Virus record (IMG/VR): IMGVR_UViG_3300045988_024822
Location: 1-13,295 of that record
Direction: 5' to 3' (one strand)
DNA from: a virus
DNA length: 13,295 bases
Part shown: positions 7,387 through 13,282 of the stretch, piece by piece
Numbering within the stretch: position 1 is the first letter of the stretch
Layout of the letters: each line of letters starts with the position of its first letter
Notes under the pieces: generated by a model
Seen by the model: the letters and a program-made list of their open reading frames with translations, nothing else
What the model was told of the DNA's origin: nothing
The model's database searches: none
Translations under genes and position numbers: made by a program

Positions 7387-7683
7387 TCACTTCACTTCCT
7401 TTCCATAGGTTGGGTCAATAATTCGGGCCGTCACCGTGGCGGCATCTGCCGTCGGCTGCTGCTGGATGCCAAGGCCCAGCGCGTTCGCCTGCAACGTCTG
7501 CGTCATGGTCTGCATTGCCTGCGCAGTAGTCTGCTGACCCTGCAAAAGCTGCTGCAGCAGGGTCTCAAGGCCATCGTACTGCTGCGGCGCGGGCTGCGGC
7601 GCGGGCTGCGGCTTCTCCATCGCTTCAATTTCTGCTTTGGTGTATCCGGCCCTAGCGAGGGCCACCTTTTCACTGATTTTCAA
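7387..7683 (-). CDS. Putative scaffolding protein (phi29 gp7 position and size)
   Basis: 98 aa, Gln/Ala/Leu-rich and predicted helical (LETLLQQLLQGQQTTAQAMQTMTQTLQANALG). It lies directly upstream of the MCP. TTG start at 7683 with GGAGG 9 nt upstream. The start is uncertain because an in-frame GTG lies 6 codons downstream. Confidence 0.55.
   Translation of the reverse strand: MKISEKVALARAGYTKAEIEAMEKPQPAPQPAPQQYDGLETLLQQLLQGQQTTAQAMQTMTQTLQANALGLGIQQQPTADAATVTARIIDPTYGKEVK
7582..7612. repeat. 12-bp tandem repeat (ctgcggcgcggg, about 2.5 copies) encoding PQPAPQPAPQ in the scaffold-like protein
   Basis: Direct reading shows ctgcggcgcggg at 7582-7593 and at 7594-7605, then a partial third copy. 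Confidence 0.8.
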
Positions 7684-7903
7684 CTTTAATCGCCTCCATC
7701 ACAACATACGTATCATGCGCCAAGCATTTAACGACTTGGGCTTTGTCTCCTTCGGTGACTGGGCCCACTGCACAACACTGCCGCGTGTGGGAATTGTCGG
7801 CCCAGTCACTATAATAGCCGATACTCAAACGAGCGCACAAATCAGCCAGCAGGAACGCGCGTTCGTTTGTGATCGACTGGGCAAAAATGATATAGCACCC
7901 CAT
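7670..7903 (-). CDS. Hypothetical protein, 77 aa with 6 Cys and no recognisable domain
   Basis: ATG at 7903 preceded by AAGGAGAG. Its 3' end overlaps the scaffold start by 14 nt. The compact operon context supports that it is coding. Confidence 0.55.
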   Translation of the reverse strand: MGCYIIFAQSITNERAFLLADLCARLSIGYYSDWADNSHTRQCCAVGPVTEGDKAQVVKCLAHDTYVVMEAIKVENQ

Positions 7904-7906
7904 AAG

Positions 7907-8065
7907 TTAGCTCTCCTTCTTAATATCGTCCAGAGCGAGCCTCATTTCGGTGATAGCCGCGGTATTCTCCTTGACCACGGTATTGCACTGATACCACATC
8001 AGCAGAAACGCGGCAATGGGAAAACCAACGTTAGAAATAGCCTGAATTACAATATTAGCATCCAT
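7907..8065 (-). CDS. Small single-pass membrane protein, holin-like (BhlA/UviB-type architecture)
   Basis: 52 aa: MDANIVIQAISNVGFPIAAFLLMWYQCNTVVKENTAAITEMRLALDDIKKES. It has one N-terminal hydrophobic helix followed by a charged helical tail. RBS AGGGAGGTG is upstream of the ATG at 8065. It falls below the ORF-track length cutoff and forms the 3' part of the spurious 170-aa ORF 7907-8419. Confidence 0.5.
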   Translation of the reverse strand: MDANIVIQAISNVGFPIAAFLLMWYQCNTVVKENTAAITEMRLALDDIKKES

Positions 8066-8094
8066 TTTATGCACCTCCCTTACAGATACAAGTA

Positions 8095-8164
8095 AATCCT
8101 CGGTTCTTGCGCTGGCTGACGCTTGCCCGCCCCTTCTGGGGGCTGCCTGTGGGCACCGAGGATT
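8095..8164 (-). other. 70-nt structured RNA element (closing 10-bp helix plus internal GC helices) at the 5' end of the predicted late transcript
   Basis: On the minus strand, AAUCCUCGGU (8164-8155) pairs perfectly with ACCGAGGAUU (8104-8095). Inside are gcccc-cagaa-ggggc, flanked by gccc/gggc with a 7-nt bulge, and a weak gcg/cgc hairpin. No ORF is present. It lies between the -10 box and the holin RBS. Confidence 0.5.
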
Positions 8165-8170
8165 ATCTTT

Positions 8171-8199
8171 AGTATATATCCTCTGTGTAAAAAAGTCAA
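8171..8199 (-). promoter_or_regulatory. Near-consensus sigma-A/sigma-70 promoter (TTGACT, 17-nt spacer, TATACT); candidate late promoter
   Basis: On the minus strand the -35 box TTGACT is at 8199-8194 and overlaps the ATPase stop codon. The spacer is exactly 17 nt and the -10 box TATACT is at 8176-8171. It lies in the largest intergenic gap on the coding strand. Confidence 0.65.
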
Positions 8200-9257
8200 G
8201 TACCGCAATACTCGCGAAAGAAAATTTCATCCGAGTATCGCTCAAATTCAATTTGCCGCTGCAAGTATGCGGGCCAGATGTACCCATACGCGGCCCTAAA
8301 CCGTTTCCGCTCATAGTCGCCGGTGCCATAGAGGGGCATCTCGCCAGACCTGTGACGGCATACATAGTATAGTGGTTTGCTCTTGTGCTCATAGATGCAG
8401 CAACGCCCAATTTGTACAAGCGGATAGTATTCCCGGAGGGGCCGGGACACTACCAAGCTCTTTTCTTCGGCACTGTACTGGTTCTCGATAGCTGATCTGT
8501 AAAAATCTGTGCCGGTCATGGACCTATAGAGGGCCGTATTTGCTTTCTCTTTTGCAATAGGGCTGTCCACAAGATCAATCAACAGAATGCCCTTGTCGGC
8601 CAACAGCTTGACGCGCTCTTTTTTGCCGATCATCTTTTCGACGGTATCAGTAATCTCCCATTGCATATAATAGGGGTTGGCCATGCCCACCGCGTTCGAC
8701 ATACACAAAAGCGTCAAGGGCTTTTGCCCCTTTAATTCGCGGTTACGGTTGACCGTTTCATAAATATTAGCAAGGCCCACGCCCTCGCCTCGCCGGTAGT
8801 AGTCGGACTCCTCTTTCTGGTATTCATCCAAAATAATGATGCTAGTGTGAGGACTTGAAAAACCACGGGTGCGAGCAAGAGTTACGACGCTCCCCACAAC
8901 TCCTGCCATTTGGGCCGGTTTTATGGGAGATCCTGTATCAGTGTAGGCCCCCGCGTTACCCACTTCATAGAAACCGGCGATTTTAGGTATTTTAAACGGG
9001 GCGTAATGTGTTTGTAGATCATCGTTCAACGGAGACCATGGCCACATACTGGGCGACGCACAAATAAGTTCCGCTTGCTGCGGCGTGCGGCGCAGATACA
9101 GAAATTCATCCCCGGTCTGATGGACGTGCTTTAGCGCTCCGTATGTCTTGCCGGTCCCGCGTCCGCCCCATATAAAAATAATGGGCGCCCCTGTTGACAA
9201 AATGCCGTCCTTTTCGGAAAAGTTCGGCCATCCATCATCGGTATAAAGTTTAATCAT
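8196..9257 (-). CDS. DNA packaging (encapsidation) ATPase, phi29 gp16-like
   Basis: 353 aa. Walker A is GGRGTGKT and Walker B is SIIILDE. FLYLRRTPQQ and MSNAVGMANPYY parallel phi29 gp16 GARGIGKS / FIYVRRYKPE / IVFDEF / LSNAVSVVNPYF (from memory). The ATG shares base 9257 with the polymerase TGA, and GGAGG lies 7 nt upstream. Confidence 0.9.
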   Translation of the reverse strand: MIKLYTDDGWPNFSEKDGILSTGAPIIFIWGGRGTGKTYGALKHVHQTGDEFLYLRRTPQQAELICASPSMWPWSPLNDDLQTHYAPFKIPKIAGFYEVGNAGAYTDTGSPIKPAQMAGVVGSVVTLARTRGFSSPHTSIIILDEYQKEESDYYRRGEGVGLANIYETVNRNRELKGQKPLTLLCMSNAVGMANPYYMQWEITDTVEKMIGKKERVKLLADKGILLIDLVDSPIAKEKANTALYRSMTGTDFYRSAIENQYSAEEKSLVVSRPLREYYPLVQIGRCCIYEHKSKPLYYVCRHRSGEMPLYGTGDYERKRFRAAYGYIWPAYLQRQIEFERYSDEIFFREYCGT

Positions 9258-11347
9258 CAGATAACCTCCATAATCTTGTACCCAAGTATCTTTGCGTATT
9301 CGTCGGTGATGCCTAACGTGTAGGTGTTATCACAGATGCACAGGTTTCTTGTGATGTGTACCGTATGCCCGTCAACCACAAAATCGGGCACCGTGGGGCG
9401 GTCATTATAAATAACCTGATTTCCGGCGGCAAGACAAAACGTGAACCCGGGCTTGAATACCTCAAAACCACCCCACAGGGTCAGCTCTAATCCGCCTTTC
9501 CGCTTGCTGACTCCTGCTATAGTGGTAGTGATCGGCCCGCCTTTTTTATAAGTAGTCGCGTATTTTTTAGCGCCCCACGTCATAAACTCCGCATAGCTGC
9601 GCTCCTGCTCATACACGCCCATATAATGAGTGTTGCCTTTGGGGTCAGTGGCACAAGCGCCGTTGTCTTTTGCGAGCTGCTTTACGGCTTTGTTAAAGTC
9701 CGACAAATCAATATTACCCATATATTTGACACTGTCGGTGTCGCAGTACACGCCATTTTTGCCCGCGGCCCACTGCGCTATTTTTAGGCGCTTGCGAGTG
9801 TGGGCAGTAGTCCATACTCCCCATTGGTAGGGCAAAAACAGATTGGGGCGGTGGTCGTTATAACTGCCCTCTGGATCGTCGGTGCATTCGCTCCACAGAT
9901 TGTCGGGGTCGTCCTCGTCAAAAAGTGTATCCAGCTGCAAGGGATCCTGCGCTGTCATACCGTAGTAGCTGTTAAGATCGCCCTTGGCTTTGACATAATA
10001 CAAATCTTGACCGGCTACACCTTTAAGGGATGTCTTGCCGGTATAGCTTTCTTTTACACAATCCGTCAACGGTTTAGGCAATTTACCATAATCGGACGTA
10101 TAAAGCTCCAAGACATTGAGAGCGTCCCACTCATATTCTTTGGCAATGATTCTAAAATCTATATCTGTTATCGTGATCTCCAAATGATCAGCAGACAACA
10201 AACGGCCATTGTCGTTAATGTATCCTTCACAGTGCCGGACCTTTGCAAGGGGGATATAGGGAAATCCCCACCACTTGAATCGCTGTCGTAAACCTTTTAC
10301 TTGCAAGCGCATGAGGCACGCCTTGCCGTGTCTCATACATTGCATCAGCCGCTCGACGGTGGATGGCTCCTGCCTAAATGGAGTCATAGGGAAATAGCAT
10401 TCACATTGTACGGCGGGGTACGCGCTTGACATATCCACGGATCCGACGTTTTCCAGATGGAGCCCAACATAATATCGGTTGGCATGGGTGTCACCGCCTC
10501 GGAATGCCTCACGCAGCATTTGATACAATTCCCACGACGGCAGTAAACGCTTGACCCGTTTAATGCCCCATTTGTACATCGCCTCACGGGCCATTCGTCG
10601 GACGTACCCAGTGCGCGTCAATGGTAATGTATAGAGGTCGTCGCCGTCTCGCTGCATCTCAATTAACAGACACTCTACAATACACCTAACATCATTGATA
10701 CAATACGCTAATTCTGTAGATGTTAAGGGCGTCCAAGGATACCGCACTTTTGAATAGTCAAGAGCACCCGTTAATTTGGCATGAGGGGCGCCCAGCTGCT
10801 TGCCCCAAGCATCAAGGGACAAGTTGCTGTGTCTCATACTGCACCTGTATTCAATCGCGCGGTTGTCGCATTTTAATACCCTGCGGGGCTTGCTGGCAAA
10901 CACATCGCCCGGGCCGAAATCCAGAACCCCCGACAAATATTGGAATTCGTGAGCCAAATTGTGAACGTACATGCACAGATACCAGTCACCCTGTGGGCCA
11001 CTGTTGGCTTGCAAATAGTCGCTGATTGTGTTTGTAAAATATAACCATTCATCCCATGTTCTGCCAATAATAGTGGCATCCAAACCTAACTGACACTGCC
11101 AGATGTACATAATGGTGTGGGGGTTGTCGTCGGCGTCAACACACACTCGGCTGGTCTCAATATCAAACGCACACGGCATACCCACATACAATCGGTTTTT
11201 GCGTGTTTTGCGCTTTTTGCCTTTGGTGTGCTTCCTGTCTAAGTGCTCCATGAGCCAGGGGACTGGATTGTAATTACAAGCCTCCTCCAAAACCTCCGCG
11301 CAAGTCGGCAGAGCTGCTCCCCTCGCTATAGTCCCACTCTTTGCCAT
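9257..11347 (-). CDS. Protein-primed family-B DNA polymerase (phi29 gp2-like)
   Basis: Exo I is FDIETS, Exo II is YVHNLAHEF and Exo III is YCINDVRCI. Pol motif A is DMSSAYP, motif B is KGDLNSYYG, motif C is YCDTDS and the KxY motif is KKYAT. All occur in canonical order and closely resemble phi29 YFHNLKFD / YIKNDIQII / DVNSLYP / KLMLNSLYG / YCDTDS. The start is set at the ATG at 11347 (GGTGAGG 6 nt upstream). The ORF is open back to a GTG at 11359, and an ATG at 11251 is an alternative. Confidence 0.95.
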   Translation of the reverse strand: MAKSGTIARGAALPTCAEVLEEACNYNPVPWLMEHLDRKHTKGKKRKTRKNRLYVGMPCAFDIETSRVCVDADDNPHTIMYIWQCQLGLDATIIGRTWDEWLYFTNTISDYLQANSGPQGDWYLCMYVHNLAHEFQYLSGVLDFGPGDVFASKPRRVLKCDNRAIEYRCSMRHSNLSLDAWGKQLGAPHAKLTGALDYSKVRYPWTPLTSTELAYCINDVRCIVECLLIEMQRDGDDLYTLPLTRTGYVRRMAREAMYKWGIKRVKRLLPSWELYQMLREAFRGGDTHANRYYVGLHLENVGSVDMSSAYPAVQCECYFPMTPFRQEPSTVERLMQCMRHGKACLMRLQVKGLRQRFKWWGFPYIPLAKVRHCEGYINDNGRLLSADHLEITITDIDFRIIAKEYEWDALNVLELYTSDYGKLPKPLTDCVKESYTGKTSLKGVAGQDLYYVKAKGDLNSYYGMTAQDPLQLDTLFDEDDPDNLWSECTDDPEGSYNDHRPNLFLPYQWGVWTTAHTRKRLKIAQWAAGKNGVYCDTDSVKYMGNIDLSDFNKAVKQLAKDNGACATDPKGNTHYMGVYEQERSYAEFMTWGAKKYATTYKKGGPITTTIAGVSKRKGGLELTLWGGFEVFKPGFTFCLAAGNQVIYNDRPTVPDFVVDGHTVHITRNLCICDNTYTLGITDEYAKILGYKIMEVI

Positions 11348-11873
11348 AGTTGACCTCACCTTGCAGCCACTTTACAAAATCGTCAATACTGACGTTGTAG
11401 CCGCCTTTCTCGCGCCAGTACATGACCGGCTGATCAGACGGATAGTAATACACGCCCGATGCCTTCACGATATCCCACCATTCAGATAGGACCGTATATT
11501 GATCTTTGGGAACGTCGGTTATATCAATACCGCCGACTTTCATTTTTTGCTCAAATTCTGCACGCGCACCACCAACGGTGGAGCCCTTGGAACGAACAAA
11601 CCGCGCTACATCCGCCAAAGCCTGCTCCACTGCTTTGCGATCTCCACGCATCGCCTTTAGAGTTGGGAACCCTCCGGCAAATTCTTTATAAACGTCGCTT
11701 GTCCCGCTGATCGGGTCTTTCGATAAGCGCTTAATGCGTTTTTGCGCAATGTCGCGAAGTCGGGAATACTCTTTGCGCATTTGATTATCGGGCCAAGACT
11801 CCAAGGCATAAGGGGTGTACAGCTCGGAGCTGTATTTAAGGGTCGCGCTTGCTTTAGCTGCGCCTACTGCCAT
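11274..11873 (-). CDS. Candidate terminal protein (primer for DNA replication)
   Basis: 199 aa, immediately upstream of and overlapping the pPolB gene, which is the invariant phi29 gene 3 to gene 2 arrangement. The basic helical segment RKEYSRLRDIAQKRIKRLSK resembles phi29 TP KAEYARLVKNTKAKIARTKK. The acidic C-terminal segment KEWDYSEGSSSAD resembles the phi29 TP priming-Ser232 context EEFDSEGNT (from memory). Confidence 0.6.
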   Translation of the reverse strand: MAVGAAKASATLKYSSELYTPYALESWPDNQMRKEYSRLRDIAQKRIKRLSKDPISGTSDVYKEFAGGFPTLKAMRGDRKAVEQALADVARFVRSKGSTVGGARAEFEQKMKVGGIDITDVPKDQYTVLSEWWDIVKASGVYYYPSDQPVMYWREKGGYNVSIDDFVKWLQGEVNYGKEWDYSEGSSSADLRGGFGGGL

Positions 11874-12084
11874 GCTTCATCCGCTCCTTTCTATTCATAA
11901 TCATATAATACCAGTGGAGGGGGTCCTCTTCAATGCCAAGGCCGCTAAAAATGATTTTGGCCCATTCAGAACGGAAAAAATCAACGTCTTTGTCGGTGAC
12001 TCCACTGTATACAAGGACAGAGGCAAGACATATCATGGAGTCGTCGTAATTCAACAAGGATACTCTGTTATCTCTACTTTTCAT
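11854..12084 (-). CDS. Hypothetical early protein, 76 aa
   Basis: ATG at 12084 with AAAGGAGG 4-5 nt upstream. Its 3' end overlaps the TP start by 20 nt. The ORF-track version (91 aa, start at 12129) begins inside a GC palindrome and has no RBS. Confidence 0.55.
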   Translation of the reverse strand: MKSRDNRVSLLNYDDSMICLASVLVYSGVTDKDVDFFRSEWAKIIFSGLGIEEDPLHWYYMIMNRKERMKHGSRRS

Positions 12085-12093
12085 GGGGCCTCC

Positions 12094-12129
12094 TTTAACA
12101 AATATGGCCGCCGCATGTGCGGCGGCCAT
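12094..12129 (-). terminator. GC-rich perfect palindrome; candidate intrinsic terminator or attenuator between the SSB-like gene and the replication genes
   Basis: atggccgccgca-tg-tgcggcggccat (12104-12129), an 11-12 bp stem. It starts 8 nt after the SSB-like stop codon and is followed on the minus strand by ATTTGTTAAA, which is only a modest U-tract. Confidence 0.5.
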
Positions 12130-12137
12130 TGGTTAGA

Positions 12138-12572
12138 TTAAACCAGATTCAAAGACAAAACCTGACCTTTTTTAGTGCTAATAAGCACAGGTTTGATCTT
12201 CACCGGCTCCGTCCACGTGTCAGGGGTTCCAAGCAGCGTAAACATACGCTTCAGAGACTGATACACACCGACGGAGACGCAGGCGTAAGACTGCCCGTCC
12301 TCGGTAATGAGGACGACACGCGGGGCAATCGTTTTGCCCTCCGGGACGTCCTCCTTGCTGACCTCGACGCACTCCACAGAAACATGTACCAGCGACAGAA
12401 CCTCATTGACATGCTCCTTCAGTTTGTTGGCAGGGTTGCTCGTTGCATTGTAGAATGCAACCGCGGCAGAGCGGTCAGAAAGATTCATATCGGTATACCC
12501 GACGCCGGTGTTCATCACGTCGGACACCATCATAGCACCATTGTTCTCGGCCTTCATCATTGTTTCGGACAT
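12138..12572 (-). CDS. Putative phage single-stranded DNA-binding protein (Firmicute-phage SSB type)
   Basis: 144 aa from the ATG at 12572 (AAAGGAG 8 nt upstream). The C-terminal pattern APRVVLITEDGQSYACVSVGVYQSLKRMFTLLGTPDTWTEPVKIKPVLISTKKGQVLSLNLV matches my recollection of lactococcal/clostridial phage SSB family proteins. Its position upstream of TP and polymerase mirrors phi29 gene 5. Confidence 0.5.
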   Translation of the reverse strand: MSETMMKAENNGAMMVSDVMNTGVGYTDMNLSDRSAAVAFYNATSNPANKLKEHVNEVLSLVHVSVECVEVSKEDVPEGKTIAPRVVLITEDGQSYACVSVGVYQSLKRMFTLLGTPDTWTEPVKIKPVLISTKKGQVLSLNLV

Positions 12573-12611
12573 AATACAAACTCCTTTCAGTATGTGCCCT
12601 GTCATTATCAA

Positions 12612-12683
12612 TACCGGGCGGGCGGTCCCGGTAGACGGCCCGGAGGCCGTTTCGACTTACAATTTTTTACACCCGTTAGGGTG
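12612..12683 (-). other. Cluster of three short GC-rich hairpins in the 79-nt intergenic region between ORF116 and the SSB-like gene
   Basis: taccggg/cccggta (12612-12633, 8-nt loop), acggcc/ggccgt (12635-12650, 4-nt loop) and caccc/gggtg (12670-12683, 4-nt loop). None is followed by a convincing U-tract on the coding strand. Confidence 0.4.
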
Positions 12684-12690
12684 ATCTATG

Positions 12691-13041
12691 TTACCGCCTT
12701 CCCATATCGCAGCAGGAACTGCCATAATCGCAACAGCTCCCACAGTCGGGGTTCTTGCGTCTGGGGCCTCCGGCGACATCTTTGCAATACTTCTGATACA
12801 TTTCTGCGGCCCCATCCCGTACAAAGGCTGCGCCCTGATACATTAAACTTGCCGCTGCACTGTCGCCTTTAATGCCTTCAAGCGCTTCGACTTGCTCGGC
12901 GCAGTGCTTGAGCGCTTGCCGATACCCGGCTAGCCATGTGCTATCATTTGAGGCTCGGATTGTGTCCTCGGGATCCTCATACTCGCAGCACGTCATCGTG
13001 CCGTTGGGGTGTATCTCGATGATGAATTTACGCATTTCCAT
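12691..13041 (-). CDS. Hypothetical early protein, 116 aa, with a Cys-rich C-terminal tail
   Basis: ATG at 13041 with GGGAGA 7 nt upstream. It ends ...KNPDCGSCCDYGSSCCDMGRR, with a duplicated S-C-C-D-[Y/M]-G unit. There is also a CC pair near the N-terminus (TMTCCEYED). Confidence 0.65.
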   Translation of the reverse strand: MEMRKFIIEIHPNGTMTCCEYEDPEDTIRASNDSTWLAGYRQALKHCAEQVEALEGIKGDSAAASLMYQGAAFVRDGAAEMYQKYCKDVAGGPRRKNPDCGSCCDYGSSCCDMGRR

Positions 13042-13057
13042 TCGTGGGTCTCCCTTC

Positions 13058-13201
13058 CTATATAATATTCAGAATCTTGGCAAGACTACAAAGCATTGTA
13101 ATACTGCTGATAATATCATTATCTGTTAAATCAGTGAGATTCTCACCGTCAAGAGTGATATTAGCATCGGTTACAGTAATTTTAATGACGACGTCTTTCA
13201 C
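13058..13201 (-). CDS. Hypothetical small protein, 47 aa; first gene after the right ITR
   Basis: GTG start at 13201 with GGAGG 8 nt upstream. The sequence is VKDVVIKITVTDANITLDGENLTDLTDNDIISSITMLCSLAKILNII. The stop codon lies 17 nt before the next ATG. It is short and uses a non-ATG start, so the call is tentative. Confidence 0.4.
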   Translation of the reverse strand: MKDVVIKITVTDANITLDGENLTDLTDNDIISSITMLCSLAKILNII

Positions 13202-13237
13202 CTGTATCACCTCCTTCGCGGTTCGTTCTTTATATAT

Positions 13238-13282
13238 AGTATACCATACGTTATATTGTATATGTTGCTATAAACATTGCAA
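13238..13282 (-). promoter_or_regulatory. Candidate early promoter(s) at the inner edge of the right ITR
   Basis: On the minus strand there is an extended -10 element TGgTATACT (13246-13238). There is also TTGCAA, 16-nt spacer, TACAAT (13282-13277 and 13260-13255). Both lie upstream of the first RBS. Confidence 0.45.

Noticed and set aside
6264-7421. 385-aa ORF on the plus strand, the longest plus-strand ORF
   Set aside because: It is entirely antisense to the gp8-like capsid gene and the start of the scaffold gene. It has Arg/Gly/His/Val-rich composition typical of shadow ORFs, no RBS, and would break the otherwise strictly unidirectional operon layout.
8095-8164. The structured element as a simple rho-independent terminator of the early operon
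   Set aside because: The helix encloses 50 nt of further structure and is followed by UACUUGUAUCUG rather than a U-tract. It also lies downstream of the promoter rather than upstream. A role in termination is not excluded, but it is not a canonical terminator.
7907-8419. 170-aa minus-strand ORF overlapping the 3' end of the ATPase gene
   Set aside because: Its upstream 118 codons run out of frame through the well-supported ATPase gene and through the promoter and structured non-coding region. Only the last 52 codons, from the RBS-preceded ATG at 8065, look like a gene.
9257-11359. GTG at 11359 as the polymerase start (700-aa ORF-track model)
   Set aside because: No Shine-Dalgarno sequence precedes it, whereas the ATG four codons downstream has GGTGAGG at 6-nt spacing. 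The difference is minor and unresolved without experimental data.
11854-12129. 91-aa version of the small ORF upstream of the TP gene (start at 12129)
   Set aside because: The upstream ATG lies inside the perfect GC palindrome and has no RBS. The internal ATG at 12084 has AAAGGAGG just upstream.
12138-12611. 157-aa version of the SSB-like ORF (start at 12611)
   Set aside because: There is no RBS at the upstream ATG. The ATG at 12572 is preceded by AAAGGAG with 8-nt spacing.
12117-12872. 251-aa plus-strand ORF
   Set aside because: It is antisense to the SSB-like gene and ORF116 and spans the intergenic hairpins. It is Arg/His-rich, has no RBS, and starts inside the GC palindrome.
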